Assembly (NCBI GenBank): GCA_008632985.1
Contig: QPGO01000021.1
Coordinates: 124,001-188,000, forward strand
Reading direction: 5' to 3'
DNA: 64,000 bases
Source: Psammoneis japonica
Lineage: Eukaryota
Positions 13,100 to 25,379 of this stretch are shown piece after piece; the first letter of the stretch is position 1; each line of letters opens with the position of its first letter. The notes beneath the pieces were generated by a model. It did not search any database. It saw nothing but the letters and a program-made list of their open reading frames with translations, and was not told the DNA's origin. The translations under genes and the position numbers were made by a program.

Positions 13100-14560
13100 C
13101 ACTCTCATTGCCATGCCTGCACTTGAAACAATGGGGCTGAAAAGCCAGTCAAGTCCTTCGCCACTGAAGAAGTTGAAGCAAAATGCATCAAGGCTGATGC
13201 CCCAACCCTTGAACAAGCACACAAAAGAGGGCGAAGTGGGGCAACACAGAAAGCAAAAGGAAATTGATGAAGCCAACAAATTCAAATGGAGGTGCGATCA
13301 ATGCAAGAAAAGCAGGAAGATTCATGAAAAAGTCACAACTTGGGTTGACTTCAGAATGAAAACGTGCAAACAGTTTGTCTCAAAGGGCCGGGTTGCAAGA
13401 AGGGTCATGACGACATGTGCCACAAGAGTCCAAATGCTTCAAATTACAAGCCACCAGAGAGAGTTGCCACTCAGGTTCTGAAAGATGTAGAGCCAGATTT
13501 CCTTTTGGCACTGCCACAAGATTGCAGAAACACAATCTCAAAGCAAGAAGCCTTTTGGAAAGATCTTTTTCTCTTTGCCGGAGGGAAGTGCAGAAAGTGT
13601 GCAAGAAGTGTTTTTTGATGTGTCTGAGTCCTTGGCAGATTCCAATCCACCCAGCAACAACAGCGATTCAGTTGGGGATGCTCCCAGCAGCATTGAATCC
13701 AAGGATGCATTGAAGCCATTGCTGCATGAGAAAATGACTGTGTCAAATCTAAAAAAAGCGACACCTGCCATGACGTCAATGTGGAACACAAGGAAAAAAG
13801 AGCAACTTGCTCAAGACAACATAAAAGTGCTGCTTCCAATTTTGGCATTGCTGGAATTCATTCACACGCAATGCCCAAGAGTTCACACCAACTCCAATGG
13901 CACCAAGAAGCTTGGTGGAGAGGTGAACAACACATTTCTTGGTGCCATGACCACTTTCTGCATGGAAATGTTGCATTCATGGTGCCGTTGGCAGGTGGGA
14001 AAGAAAATGAAGTTCCCAACCCAATGCATGAATCCATTCAAGGCTCAACAACACACTTGACTCAGTGGGACTGAACATGCCAGACTTGCCATTGAAGTGT
14101 TTTTCATGCAGCGACGGATTTCTGGAGCACACGAGGGCAGAGTGTGGTGGCACCAGGTTTGCAAGCAGTGCAACACCCCTTTTCAGAATGAAAGGTCACA
14201 TGGGTTGGGAGCATGGCATTGCATGCAAGAGCTCCAATTGTGGAGAGCTTGTCAAGTCATGTGATGGCAGACTGCTGCGTCATTCTCTGCAAGACTGCGC
14301 ACGTCAAAGCTTCCCAGCAGATCCCTTGCATTGCTCAAAGCCATCCTTCTTCTTGCTTCACAAAGAGGTGTCCTTTCTGCCAGAGGAGGCTGCTCTGACA
14401 GAATCAAGTGCACAGTGGGTGTCACAAACTCTCTTCCAAAGTCAAAACCATCGTCACAAAGAACTGGAGCTGTCACACCATGGCTCTGACAAGAGTTGCA
14501 AGGACAAACCTTTTCTCCAGACTTTCCATCAATTGAAGAGTGGTGAGGGCTCCTGTGCTG
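13100..14560 (+). mobile_element. Truncated Dada-like DDE transposase relic, copy 1 (N-terminal half)
   Basis: Co-linear protein similarity to copy 2: TWVDF, EKMT..LKKA.PA, LPIL.LLEFI, LP..C..CS.G.LEH.R and EEAALTESS.QW..FQSQNH...ELELS. Confidence 0.5.
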
Positions 14561-14914
14561 CCACCCACTGTTGCTCCAGCCACAAAGAGAAGAAAGGTCA
14601 AAGAAGAAGGATGCTGCTGTGATGCAAGAAAAAATCATGTCGAAAATGGTCGTCAGGGGCAGGTTGCTCATGCCTTGTGGTGCAACCAAGGAAAGCAAGG
14701 TGTTCTTGGCATCTTTTTGTGTTGGTGCACATCACATTGCCATTTCCCAGCGCAGATGCTTGAGTTCAGGATTGGGGTCCAACATGGTGGCAACAAACAG
14801 TTTGCACTTGTGTGGTTGCACCAGTCCACTGCACCAACCATGGCCGCACCAACATTGTCCCTGTTGCAGCCCTGCAGCAGAAACAAAGGGGTGGAAACAA
14901 CAGAGTTGAGAGCA

Positions 14915-15230
14915 CAACAACAAAGAAACAGACCTGTGACACTCGACACATTCCCATCACCTCATGTCAATGCTTTTGGTGTGCCCTTGTGGTGCTTGTG
15001 GTTGAGTGCATCAAGCAATGCCATCCGCCAAAAACAAAACAAAACACTGTCCAATTGAAGGAACAGAAACAACGGAAATTTAGAAGATGCCAACAAAGAA
15101 ACAACCCCGCCACACTTGGCACATTCATGTTGCCTCACGTCAATGATTTTTGTGCGTCCTCACAGTCCTTGTGGTTCATTGTCAGCAGCAATCTTGTCAG
15201 CAGCAGAAAACAAACCTCAAAACACACCCT
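14915..15230. repeat. Two diverged direct repeats of about 175 bp
   Basis: CAACAAAGAAACA...CACATTC...CCTCAYGTCAATG...CTTGTGGTT...AGCAAT at about 14918 and about 15091. Confidence 0.55.
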
Positions 15231-15709
15231 CCATTTTTAAACACAATGGAGACAAAAGAAACTTAGGAGACACAAACAAACAAATGCAGCCATCATGCTG
15301 AGCACAGTCTTTGTGCCTTGCATCAATGCTGCCAACCCTTGCATTGTCCCAATGATGGTCGATTCATGAACGGAGCCAACAGTGGCCATTGTGCTGCGAC
15401 AGTTTGAGGGTGGCAAGTGCACGTGGGGATGTTTCCCACTGCAGTGTCTTTTCCATCTGTCTGTTTGGCAAGGGGTCTTAAATGTTGCTGACTCACAAAT
15501 GGGGGCAGGAAGAAAAAAATGTTCTCAAATGTTGCACCATCACAATTGGGGATTGCTGAGTCACAACTCGCTGAAGACATGATGCAATTGGCTGAAAATG
15601 CAGTGCACAAGAATGGGACAACAAGTGACAGCATTCACGGGGGGCGCTGTCATCACTTGAGCCCCCCCCCATGCCAAACAGAGCTCATTCAGGGACCTGC
15701 GACATCCCC

Positions 15710-15740
<31 letters not shown>

Positions 15741-15949
15741 ACCACACACAGTGGGACAATTCTGCAGAAAAGACATTTGTTGGCATGCGCCATTTTCATG
15801 TTGATTTTCCGCTGCATCCACAATGAGAACGACCCTCATTGCATGTCTTGAGGTGCGCACTTCAGTTGAATGAAGCCTCTCCCTTTGTGCTGCCTTTCAA
15901 CACAGAAGCAATGCCTTTTGGTGCGCTTCTTTTCTTGTCATCATGCCCA

Positions 15950-18900
15950 CTTTCACATGTGAAAAAATGGGGCCCAAAAGCCAATCGAGGCGTTCCCGGC
16001 AGAAGAAGCTCAAGCAGCAGGACTCAGCCACAAGGAACCCATGCTAACAACAAGCAAGAGCCAAACAAAAAGCAAAAGAGGAAGCATGAAGGAAGGAGCA
16101 CAAGTTCAATCACAACTGCAATTTGTTCAGGAGCAATGGCAAGTTTCACAAAAAAATCACCAGTTGGGTGGACTTTGGCACCAAGGTTTGCAAACGATGT
16201 GTCAAAGGCAAATCACACAAGCACAGCCATGACAAGACATGTCACAAGAACCCAAATGCAGACAATTGTGTTTGTCTGGATGACATGCTGATTTCAGCAT
16301 TTAAGAAAGAAGCACCCGAGTTTGTGTTGTCGTTGCCCCATGAGTGCAAAAACAATTTGATGCAAAGAAGGATTTTGTTTCCCGACTGCCCATTCCTCCC
16401 TGAAGACAACATTGAAGAGGAGGTTGAAGAAGACTTCTGTGATGCACTCTCCAGAGAATGTCACCGTTGCACACAATGCACCAAGCAGCAAGGCACCAAA
16501 GAGTGAAGTTGAGCCATTTCTGTGCAAGAAGATGACTGCCAGCCTCCTGAAGAAGGCAATGCCAGCAGTGATGGCAACTTGGAGTTCATCTGAGAAAGCT
16601 CAATTGGCTCATGACAGTGTCAAAGTGCCTCTGCCAATTTTGGTGTTGCTTGAATTTATTGACATGCAGTGCCATTGACTTTGCAATGACTGTGATGGCA
16701 GCAAGAAGCTGGGTGGTGGCAATGAACACATCAAATTGCACCAAGACCACTTTCCACATTGCGGTGTGGCATTTGCTGTTCCATTTGCAGGAAGGCAAGC
16801 CAACAAAACACCTGATCCCATGTGTGAATCCATTTAAGGCACTGCAATGTGTCTCACATGGTGGGAGCTCAATCTCCCCAACACACCTCTGACATGCACT
16901 GCCTGCAGCTCTGGGACTCTTGAACATGAAAGGGTTGAGTGTGCTGGTGGAGAGCAAGGTTTGCAAGCAGTGCAAACCTGGCATTCAGAATGGTTGGTTG
17001 CACCAATTGGGAACACAGCACAACCTGCAAGTGCTCTTGTTGCAAGGCTCTTTTCAGGTCAAGTGGTGGGAATGTGATGAAAATGCCCTTCCAGACTGTG
17101 TTCATGCCACGTTCCCGGTGGACTCCAAGTGTTGCTCAAAATCATTGTTCTTCCTGCTCCATGACAAGGTGTCTTCTTGGTTGGAAGAGGCTGCATTGAC
17201 AGAATCAAGCATGCAATGGTTCTTTTGTTTGCTTTTCAACAGCCAAAACCACTGGCACGAAGAACTGGAGCTGTCATGCTGCAGCTCCAACAAGACCAAT
17301 GAGGATGCAGCATTTCTGGACTTGCCTTCTTTGCAAGAATGGCGTGGACAGTTTCCTCCTTCCGGAGCTCAGCTGCTTGACTTGGCTCTTGAAGCCAACC
17401 AGTCAGATCTGACAGCTTGTGGTGTGAGTGATGTGATCATCACAAATGAAAGATTCAATCATGTGGTTGTGAGACTTCAGCCACAGTTGATCACACACAC
17501 TCTGTTGTTGCAAATTGTCCATCATCTTTGGGTGCCAAAGCATGCGCAACACAGTTGACCTGCATTGGATTTACAACCTTTGCGGGTGTTGTTGATTCCA
17601 CTGCCATGACTGGTTGTTCCCATGTGATTGAGCAGATGGCTCATTGCAAGAACTTTGCACCCAAGTGCGTGCACACCAACACATGTGGCCCATGCTTGAC
17701 CCTTTCTGCCAAATTGTCTTTGGTGCCACAATTGTTGGACAACTTGGCTTGTTTCACGCAATGCAGTGTGTTACAAAATCCATGCATTGCAACCACAAGG
17801 ACTTCAGCTCAGCTCTCTCCAACAGTTCTTGAGTTGCTTGTGTGCATTCAATCAAGAGGATGAATCCGGTGTCATCATGGTGCTGTGAGATGGAACAATG
17901 AACGGAAAGATCCATGACCCAGAAGAAACATCTGATTTGAAACAAAGCAAGAGGTGGACACAGCATTGCGGATCTCTCATGCGCAAAGTTCCCATTCTGA
18001 CAGCACTGTCTCAGATTTGCCTGAGAGAATGGTGGTGCAAGTTCAAGGTTGCAAACACCAAAGGTGAGCCACCAGGACAAGGCAAGTTGGACAATGGAAA
18101 GATGCCATTCTTGGCAGGGGCAAGACAAGCATTGAATGCATTGGTTGAGAATGTCCAGTGCTCACCCGAGATTGTTGGAGACTGCCACTGAGAGATCAAG
18201 CCATCAGCAAAGTCAAAACACAAGCTTTCTTGGTGGACTGCCAAAAAAGGAGAGTCCTCACTTGAAAAGCATCACCAGCATCTCCTGGCATGCTTTGCAA
18301 ATGTGGGAATGCAGTGGGAGCTTGTAGACAGTCTCAACCTGTGAGGGACTGCATGGTGCAATTTGAAGCTGCAGCACAAACTCTTTGGAGCGGAGACAGC
18401 CGAGGAAATGCCAAGCCATTTTCAAAACAAGCCAATGTTCCTGCCCCATCTCAAGCTCCATGAAATCAACCACAGGGCATCAAAGCATGGCTCAAAATTC
18501 CCATGGCACCAAAATCTTTGAGAGTGCCCTGAGGATGACAGGGGAAGAATTTTTTTCTGAGCACTTGCTGTCTCAGTGACAGTGGCACTCTCAGTGTCCC
18601 AAGCACCCAACCAACAGTTGGCGTCAGTGCTCCAAATGCACCCCAAGCCGCTGCCACATGTCCAAAGGCAGCAACACTCCAGTGCTGTTGGTGATGAAGG
18701 CAGCAATGGTGAAGAGCATGAGTCATCATTCTGCGATTTTGATGAGTCGCTTTTGTTTGGAATTGACACCAAAAACTTGCTGCAGCACAGTGCCAATCAA
18801 GAACAGCCACAACACGGCAGTGTCTGTCACTTCCAATGGCATCAACAGCCAAATGCAATTGCACCTCCACCACCTCCTCCTGTCCTTCTGGTTCTGATGT

Positions 18901-19560
18901 GACCATCACCATGGACACAACCAAGTGTTGGTTCATTTGTCAGCCCGCCACCCTTTTGCTTCCCCACTAACCTCCAAGCAGCATGTCCGGCATCAGCAAT
19001 TCCCACTCCAGAGCCAGCTGCACCTGTGTCAAAGAAGAGAAGAAGAGCTGAAGAACAATTTTGCTGTGAGAGCCGGAAGAGTTGTGTGCAAAACGGTCTC
19101 TGTGGCCACGTCGTGCATGCGTTTCCATGCACAAAAACCACCACGGGATTCTTTCAGAGAGAACACATGTGTTGCAGTCAATGTTTGTCAGCAATCCTGC
19201 GGCAGCAATCCCCACTCCACAGCCAGCAGCATCTGCATCAAAGAAAAGAACAATTTTAGTGTGAGGGCCAGAAGCATCATGTGAAAAACAGCTCACATGG
19301 TCACATCATGCGTGCTCATGCCTGCGGGTTCCTTCTAAAGAGAAGTTCCTTCCAGAGCTGACAAATTGCAGTCAACCAAAATTCAATGTGTCCACAGCCA
19401 GCATCATCTGCCAGAAGCATCTGCATCAAAGAAGAGAACAACTTTGGTGCAAGGGATGGAAGCATCATGTGCACAATGGCGCACATGGTTGTGTCATGCA
19501 TGCTTGCACCTTCAGGTTCTTTGAGAGCCAATGTGTTGCAGTCAACCAACATTCAATTCA
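15950..19560 (+). mobile_element. Near full-length degenerate Dada-like (DUF6729-type) DDE transposase relic, copy 2
   Basis: Fragments in order: EWRGQFPPSG, VDHT (first D), GAKACAT, CVHTNTC (YTD-like second D region), LGLFHAMQ (DxxH-equivalent) and KGES..LEKHH...FANVGM..LVDSLNL*GTAWCNLK (catalytic E region), then C-terminal repeats. Superfamily assignment is from remembered motifs only. Confidence 0.55.
19020..19545 (+). repeat. Three diverged repeats of about 190-210 bp at the transposase 3' end (possible Cys/His finger units)
   Basis: GCATCTGCATCAAAGAARAGAACAA(T/C)TTT at about 19228 and 19416, with a related unit at about 19020. Confidence 0.6.
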
Positions 19561-21199
19561 TTGAAAGAGGAGCAAAGTCCTGCTGGTGCCAACTGGCCAC
19601 TGATCTGTGTCTTTTCATGGCTTGTTGTTTGCCATGATCTTGTTGTCAGCAGAAAAAACAAAACAAAGAACACAAACCTTCTGCACTGGCAGAAAACAGA
19701 AAAGAACACAATGAATTTTGGCAGTTGTCAAATGACAAATGCCACCATCAAACTTGAGACATTTGCATCACCTTTGTGAATTCTCTTGCCCATTGCATCA
19801 CGCCAGCACCAGTCGACCAACAAATGATCTTGTCGGTGGCAGAGAAAAAACAGCAACCATCAGCACTGGTGGAAAATGGAAAAGAACGCAACAACTGTGA
19901 GGAGTCATCAAACAAAAATGCTGCCACAAAACTCAAGGAATTTGTCTCACCTTGCACAAATGCTCTCACCCATCTTGTCATCCCAGCGTGATGGCATGAA
20001 TGAAACCAAGTGGCGCCATGGTGTGTGACACCATGGTGACTTGTGGTGTGTGTGTGTGTGTGTTGATGCAGGTTTCCCGCCACTTCAAATTTCTGTTTTG
20101 TCAGTCTGCCAAGTGACAATGAGTCACAAATGCCAAACCAGGCCTGTGGGAAGCATTGGCCACTTGTCTTTCTTTGTGGGTGTGGGTGTGTGCCGTTGCA
20201 CACAGCATTGCCTGCAGAGTGTGCACGCAACGCAGGGCCCCACCGCCGGGGCTGGCATTGTGGCCACAGGGTGGCATGGCCACCACACCGGTGACACGGA
20301 TGACCACGATGTTTTGTGGTTCGTGCCTTTTTGGGGCTGCAGCGAGGTGCACGGACACTCTTTTTTGTCCAATTTGCCGCTGAAACAGTGCATTGCACAA
20401 ACTTTCTTGTTGTTTGACATGTTTTTTCCAACACAACCATTTTGTGCGCAACTTGCAACAAATTGTGTCTGCCAAGAGCTGGATGCATTTTTTAACATGC
20501 TGCACCGGCAATGCCAATTTTACCGCAGTTTTGAGCTCTTCCGAAAAACCACACCATGCACTCGTCGCAGGGAATTTGTCGATTGTTTAGGAAGTCCCCA
20601 CAAACCCCAATGTCCTCAATGATCATTCTCAGAATGCAAATGATTTGTGTGTGCCAAACAAACCACGCTCTTCCGAATTCTGAGGGACACACTTTCAATT
20701 GCCGACATCCCGACTGACCCACGACCAACCCACTGACACACTGACTGACTGACTGACTGACACAAAAAAGTCTGCAATCACCAACCACCAAGTGGTCAAT
20801 GAAAGGATGTTGATGTTGTCAAGTGACACTGCATCACAGTTGGCTTTCGCTGACTCATGATGCAGTCAAAAAACAATTTGATTGGCTAAAAATGCATTGC
20901 ATGGGAGCTGAAGAACGACTCACTTCCCTCATCTCACCAGGTGGTTCACAAGACCTTTAGAGTCCATTCAAGCAGAAAGTGCAGACTGCAAGAAACAATG
21001 GCCAAAAGCTGTTGCTGTGGCAAAAACCGCGCTGGACCAAGCGGGTTGACCAGATCAACTGCAGCTGCACCCAACTGCCCCACAACTTGCTCCCTGCGGG
21101 TTTGTGAACGTGCACTTGTCTTGACGCTCTGTGCCCATCCATGGTTGTTGATTGCTGGGACAAGCAGGCGTGACCAAGCTCTTTGCAGGTGGCAACAAA

Positions 21200-22575
21200 A
21201 GTCGTGTGATTTTTAGGATTGAATGATTCAATGACAAGTGCGTTTGGGCAGCGGGTGAGAATGGCACACCCAACATGCCCGAGTTGCTGATCAAGGTGTT
21301 TGAATCCTTTTCTGGAACCGTGATTCATTCATTGGATGCCAGTGATCTAAAAAAGCACGTGCAGGGAAAACACATTTTGGCCATTGGTGGTTCCTGCTCT
21401 GCGGAAGATTTGGCGCCAATGGCGCCAACCAAGCTCGGCGTCAAGAGGGTTTCTGTGAGCTTCCGGGATTTCACCGAATGGGATGAAACCCTCATTTGGC
21501 CTGTGGACAAGGTGCAGTTGCACCCTGAAACCATTGCTGCTCACTCTACATGCGATGGAAGTGTGCATCTTTTCCCAGAAGTGTGCATCTTTTCCCATCA
21601 AATCTTGACTTTTTTTGCACCGGATACAAGGGGAACTACCACGCTGATGGCCCGCGCCCCCCCGCCCCCGGATCGATCGCGAACTACTCCATGTTGGATG
21701 AATCATCACTTCAACCACCATCCAAGACATCCAAGGAGGAGATGGATCAAGTGTACTTTTGTCCCTCTGACTGGAAAATGAAACACAATGTTCTGTCTGA
21801 CGATTTTGGAGATGCAGTGCCTTCAAATGAAATTTGGACTGAATGCCGGCACATGACACAGCATTTCAAACCCGGAATTTATAATGTCGGGCTCATGACA
21901 AATCCGTCCATGTTGTTTCTTTTCAATCAAGGCGCTGAGGCACCGTTGTTTGGTGTTGATGCATCCGTGTGTCAAGCTGTAGGGCACATTGTCGGGACCA
22001 AAGAAGTGCCGTCGATGAATGAAATGCCAGCATTTCTTGCGAATAATGGACGTTCCATTTTTCCGACGCTACTTGGATAAGAACTACGCAAGAGCTTATT
22101 TCAGATTGGGAGACGACCACTGGGTGAATCGGGACGAAGAGGACGACGTAGAGGCCGATCGCAACTGGGACCTTTTTGTGCATGGGATGTATCGATTTCA
22201 TTGACGATGTTGATTTGTTCACTCAACGGGGGAAACTACCCTCTTGACTTGGGATCATACGACAAAGACTTCCTGTCGGAGCGTGGAGAAAAATATTACG
22301 GTGAGTTTAACCATCGTTTTCGCCTGACAGTGAAAACAACATTAGGGCCCAAACGCTTTCTGCATTGCATATTAGCAATGATCATGGCTGACTTTGAAAA
22401 CGAGAACGAAGAGGAAGCCGAGTTGCGAACCTTTCGTAAGTTGCTCGCGTCGCAAGACGATGCGTCGCTTTTGTCATGTGTGACTCATCAAGCTTCTTTT
22501 TTTCAGGCGACCTCAAGGCTCACCAAGCAGAGCAATTTGCGTCTCTATTCACTGGTACGAAAGCAGTTCCTCTAA
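21200..22575 (+). pseudogene. Flavin-containing monooxygenase (FMO) pseudogene, partly hypermutated
   Basis: DKCVWAAGENG.PNMP, FSGTVIHS, GKHILAIGGSCSAEDLA (GGSYSAED NADPH-binding motif with Y->C), FCTGY and NPSMLF...PLFGVD. Split over several frames. Confidence 0.75.
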
Positions 22576-22610
22576 AGAAGAGGTGGCTGGACATTGACGA
22601 AGCGGTTGGT

Positions 22611-22776
22611 GAGGAACTATGGTGATGAACGTTGCGCAGATCGTAATTATTAGTCATCATCATGCGACGAAGGTTATGTGTAAAAAACCGACTAGAGCTG
22701 ATGAGAAACTATGGTGACGAACGTTTTGCAGATTGGGATTATAAGTCATCATCATGCGATAAAGGTTCACGTGTTA
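22611..22776. repeat. Tandem duplication with a period of about 90 bp
   Basis: TGAGRAACTATGGTGAYGAACGTT...AGTCATCATCATGCGA..AAGGTT occurs twice. Confidence 0.7.
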
Positions 22777-22927
22777 ATAGCCGTCTCGGATGTTGTGATC
22801 CGTGGAATGAGTGACATGAACTTTTCTTGGGAGTGTTCTATTGAAAGGGCGTCTCCTAGCCAGTAGCGCGTCGGGTTAGCGATTTATTGGATCAGCTCGC
22901 ACTCGCATTCACCTCAACATATATTAG

Positions 22928-24737
22928 TCAGTATCGCCCGTGCCGCATGGATATTCGCACACGTTGATCATAAGGTAAGATAGTTCTCGTGTGCGCCATG
23001 CCCTTGGTCAAGAGTTGATCCGTGCCGTGCAATCGCCATCGTCGCTGCCTCTTGAGCCGTTGCTGTCTGCCTCTTTTCCAACAACGCCAAAAACAAAGAA
23101 TCAAAATGATTGGAAGCAAGGAAACCCATGGCGGAGGAGGCATCACCATGAATGAAATGTCTGGCTGAAAGGCGACAACTTCTTGGCGGTACTTTAATGA
23201 TGTAGCGTCGTCAGGCCTTATTGCAAAAAAAAGGTGTCAAAAAGATGTCAGTACATTCGCCAAATGCCGTAGAAAGTAGCACGCAGCCGCCGAGATGCTC
23301 TCACCAATACTGAACCCGAAGATACTTGTAAACCTGATCCTCCACCCACGTTCCATTTTTTTCTAGCCAACACGTTGGACACGCCTCTTGTTGTGGCCAT
23401 TGCAAGGAGCCTAGACGCAAATTTACTCCATTGTGTGTTTCCCAAAGCCACAGCGGCAACTGTTGCCACGACGACGTGGCGTTTGTCAAGAATAATCGAT
23501 TGCAACGATTGTAACGACAGGCATCATAGTCGGACAAAAAGTGTTGTCGACAGTCAATACATGGGAAAAATGTAGCAACATAGTCCCGTATAGTGTCTGC
23601 TGCGTCTGTCATTTCTGATGGAACGAAAATTCAAAGGAGAAGAGATGGTCGGTGAGAGACAGAATAGCAATCAATACCGAGAGCAGAAACCCACGTACGT
23701 ATTGTATGCAATGAATCAAGAGCGTGTTTATTCCATTCCCCAACACCAATTGTAACAATATGAAACAGCTGCCACAAACCACAAGTAAACCCCATATCTT
23801 TTCTCGTACAATCCGCGCTCCACTCATTCACAGGCGGAGGGTGTTGTTCCAAAAGTTCCAAAAGCATTGTCTCGTCATCCATAATCTCGTCCACGTTATC
23901 GTCCATGGCGGAGACCAAGTGATGTAAATCATGTTGATAGGGAATGGTTTCCGCCAACAATTCTATCCACCGTGCCAACACGTCTCGACGTGTCGCATTG
24001 GTCATGGTGCCGTTGGACTCCATGAGAAACACGTGGTTTCGCAACGAATAATCCAGAGACAACCATGCATCTGCATAGACGTGTTGTTTGTTTTGTAAAT
24101 GTGTTTTCGTTTCCTGTATGGATGGTAGTTTGGTATTATGCTTGTACAGAACATCTTCGCTATCATCATCTTCAAAGTCACTGCTGCTTTCGCTATACTC
24201 TTCTTCGTCAATTACAGTATTCCCCTCATTATGCGTCAGTCCCAACGTCTTGAGAAAGACAAACAAATGACTCGATGCAGTCACAACCGTCCCATTCACC
24301 GAACCATCCTTGAAAACCTTGACAGTGGGATAGGCCCATATTTCTTGATCCCTGCATATGGATCGATGAACGGTACACGACACGGCATAGCATTGCACAT
24401 TATTTTCATCAACGTTTTGAATGGCTCGTGCCAACTTTACAAATTTTGGTTGATAGGCTCGACAATGACCACACCACGGAGCGTAAAAGACGACAATCCG
24501 ATTAGTGCCAGTGTTTGTCGAATACAAAAAATCAGGAACCTCTGTTTCGTTGGTGGAGTTTGTTTCGAGGTATTCAATCACGGGTGCGTTTTCTTCTTTG
24601 TTATCATAGAGATAAGAACGGCTTCCCGTGATCATAAAGGAAGACGTTGTAAGAACAAGCTGAAACAATAAAAGACACAAGAGAATTGACAAGTTGTTGC
24701 TGCTGAAAGCGAGCGACGGTGCTCTCATCATGGTCAT
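22928..24737 (-). CDS. QSOX: Quiescin-type sulfhydryl oxidase (thioredoxin + Erv/ALR domain), 3 exons, C-terminal TM segment
   Basis: Signal/anchor region, WCGHC thioredoxin motif, GFTCGLWQLFH, FFPCIDCRQHF, LWLWETHNGVN and WPQQEACPTCW. GT-AG introns at 23698-23615 and 23304-23217 join the frames. Confidence 0.9.
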
Positions 24738-24984
24738 TGTCAAAATGTTTTATTGTGGCTTTTTTTGTTTGTTTTGCACGCATCATCCCAATGTCGTGGT
24801 GTTCGCATGAATAACGCCTGTGACGTGTAAGCGAACTCCCTCATGCATGCGCACTGCTTCGCGCGTCCGGCTCCTTTTCTTCGTCAGCGCAAAAATCCAC
24901 GCCATGGCGTTCGTTCGTCTTTATTCTCGTCATTCACTCTATCTACGCTGTAACGACAACACAAAACACAACAACTACTACAGC

Positions 24985-25185
24985 ATGAATCCAAGGACAA
25001 GCCTATTGCCACGGGGTGGCCCAGCAATTGTCATGGGTGTCACCACACTGTCAGCGATTGGAGCAATTTATTACAGCCACTATGCCCAAGTACGAGATAA
25101 GAATGTGATGCGTGAGGGTGTGCAACGGGATATTGAGCGATTAAAGTGGAAACGAAAACAAAAACAAGAGGCGGAAAAATCATAA
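24985..25185 (+). CDS. PET117: PET117-like cytochrome c oxidase assembly factor (66 aa)
   Basis: Short TM helix followed by IYYSHYAQVRDKNVMREGVQRDIERL, matching the PET117 pattern H..Q...R..M..GV.RD.ER. Confidence 0.75.
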   Translation: MNPRTSLLPRGGPAIVMGVTTLSAIGAIYYSHYAQVRDKNVMREGVQRDIERLKWKRKQKQEAEKS

Positions 25186-25379
25186 CAGAATGACTGAGAA
25201 TGTTGGTTAAATGATAGAGACAGGATGGACGTGTCCATGGGATGTCGAATAGTTAGAAGTGATACGGTAACACGATGATGAGAGTGGGAGGACAGTTTTT
25301 TTTTCAAGGACAGAATTGAGACTGCTCAGAGAACTAAAGATGAATTCAAGAAAACATACAAAAATCTTTCTATAAACTT

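Larger units (their letters stand above)
12100..21600. other. TpA-depleted hypermutated domain B
   Basis: TA is nearly absent. CpG is retained at the left margin (about 12100-12850) and lost in the core. Confidence 0.9.
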
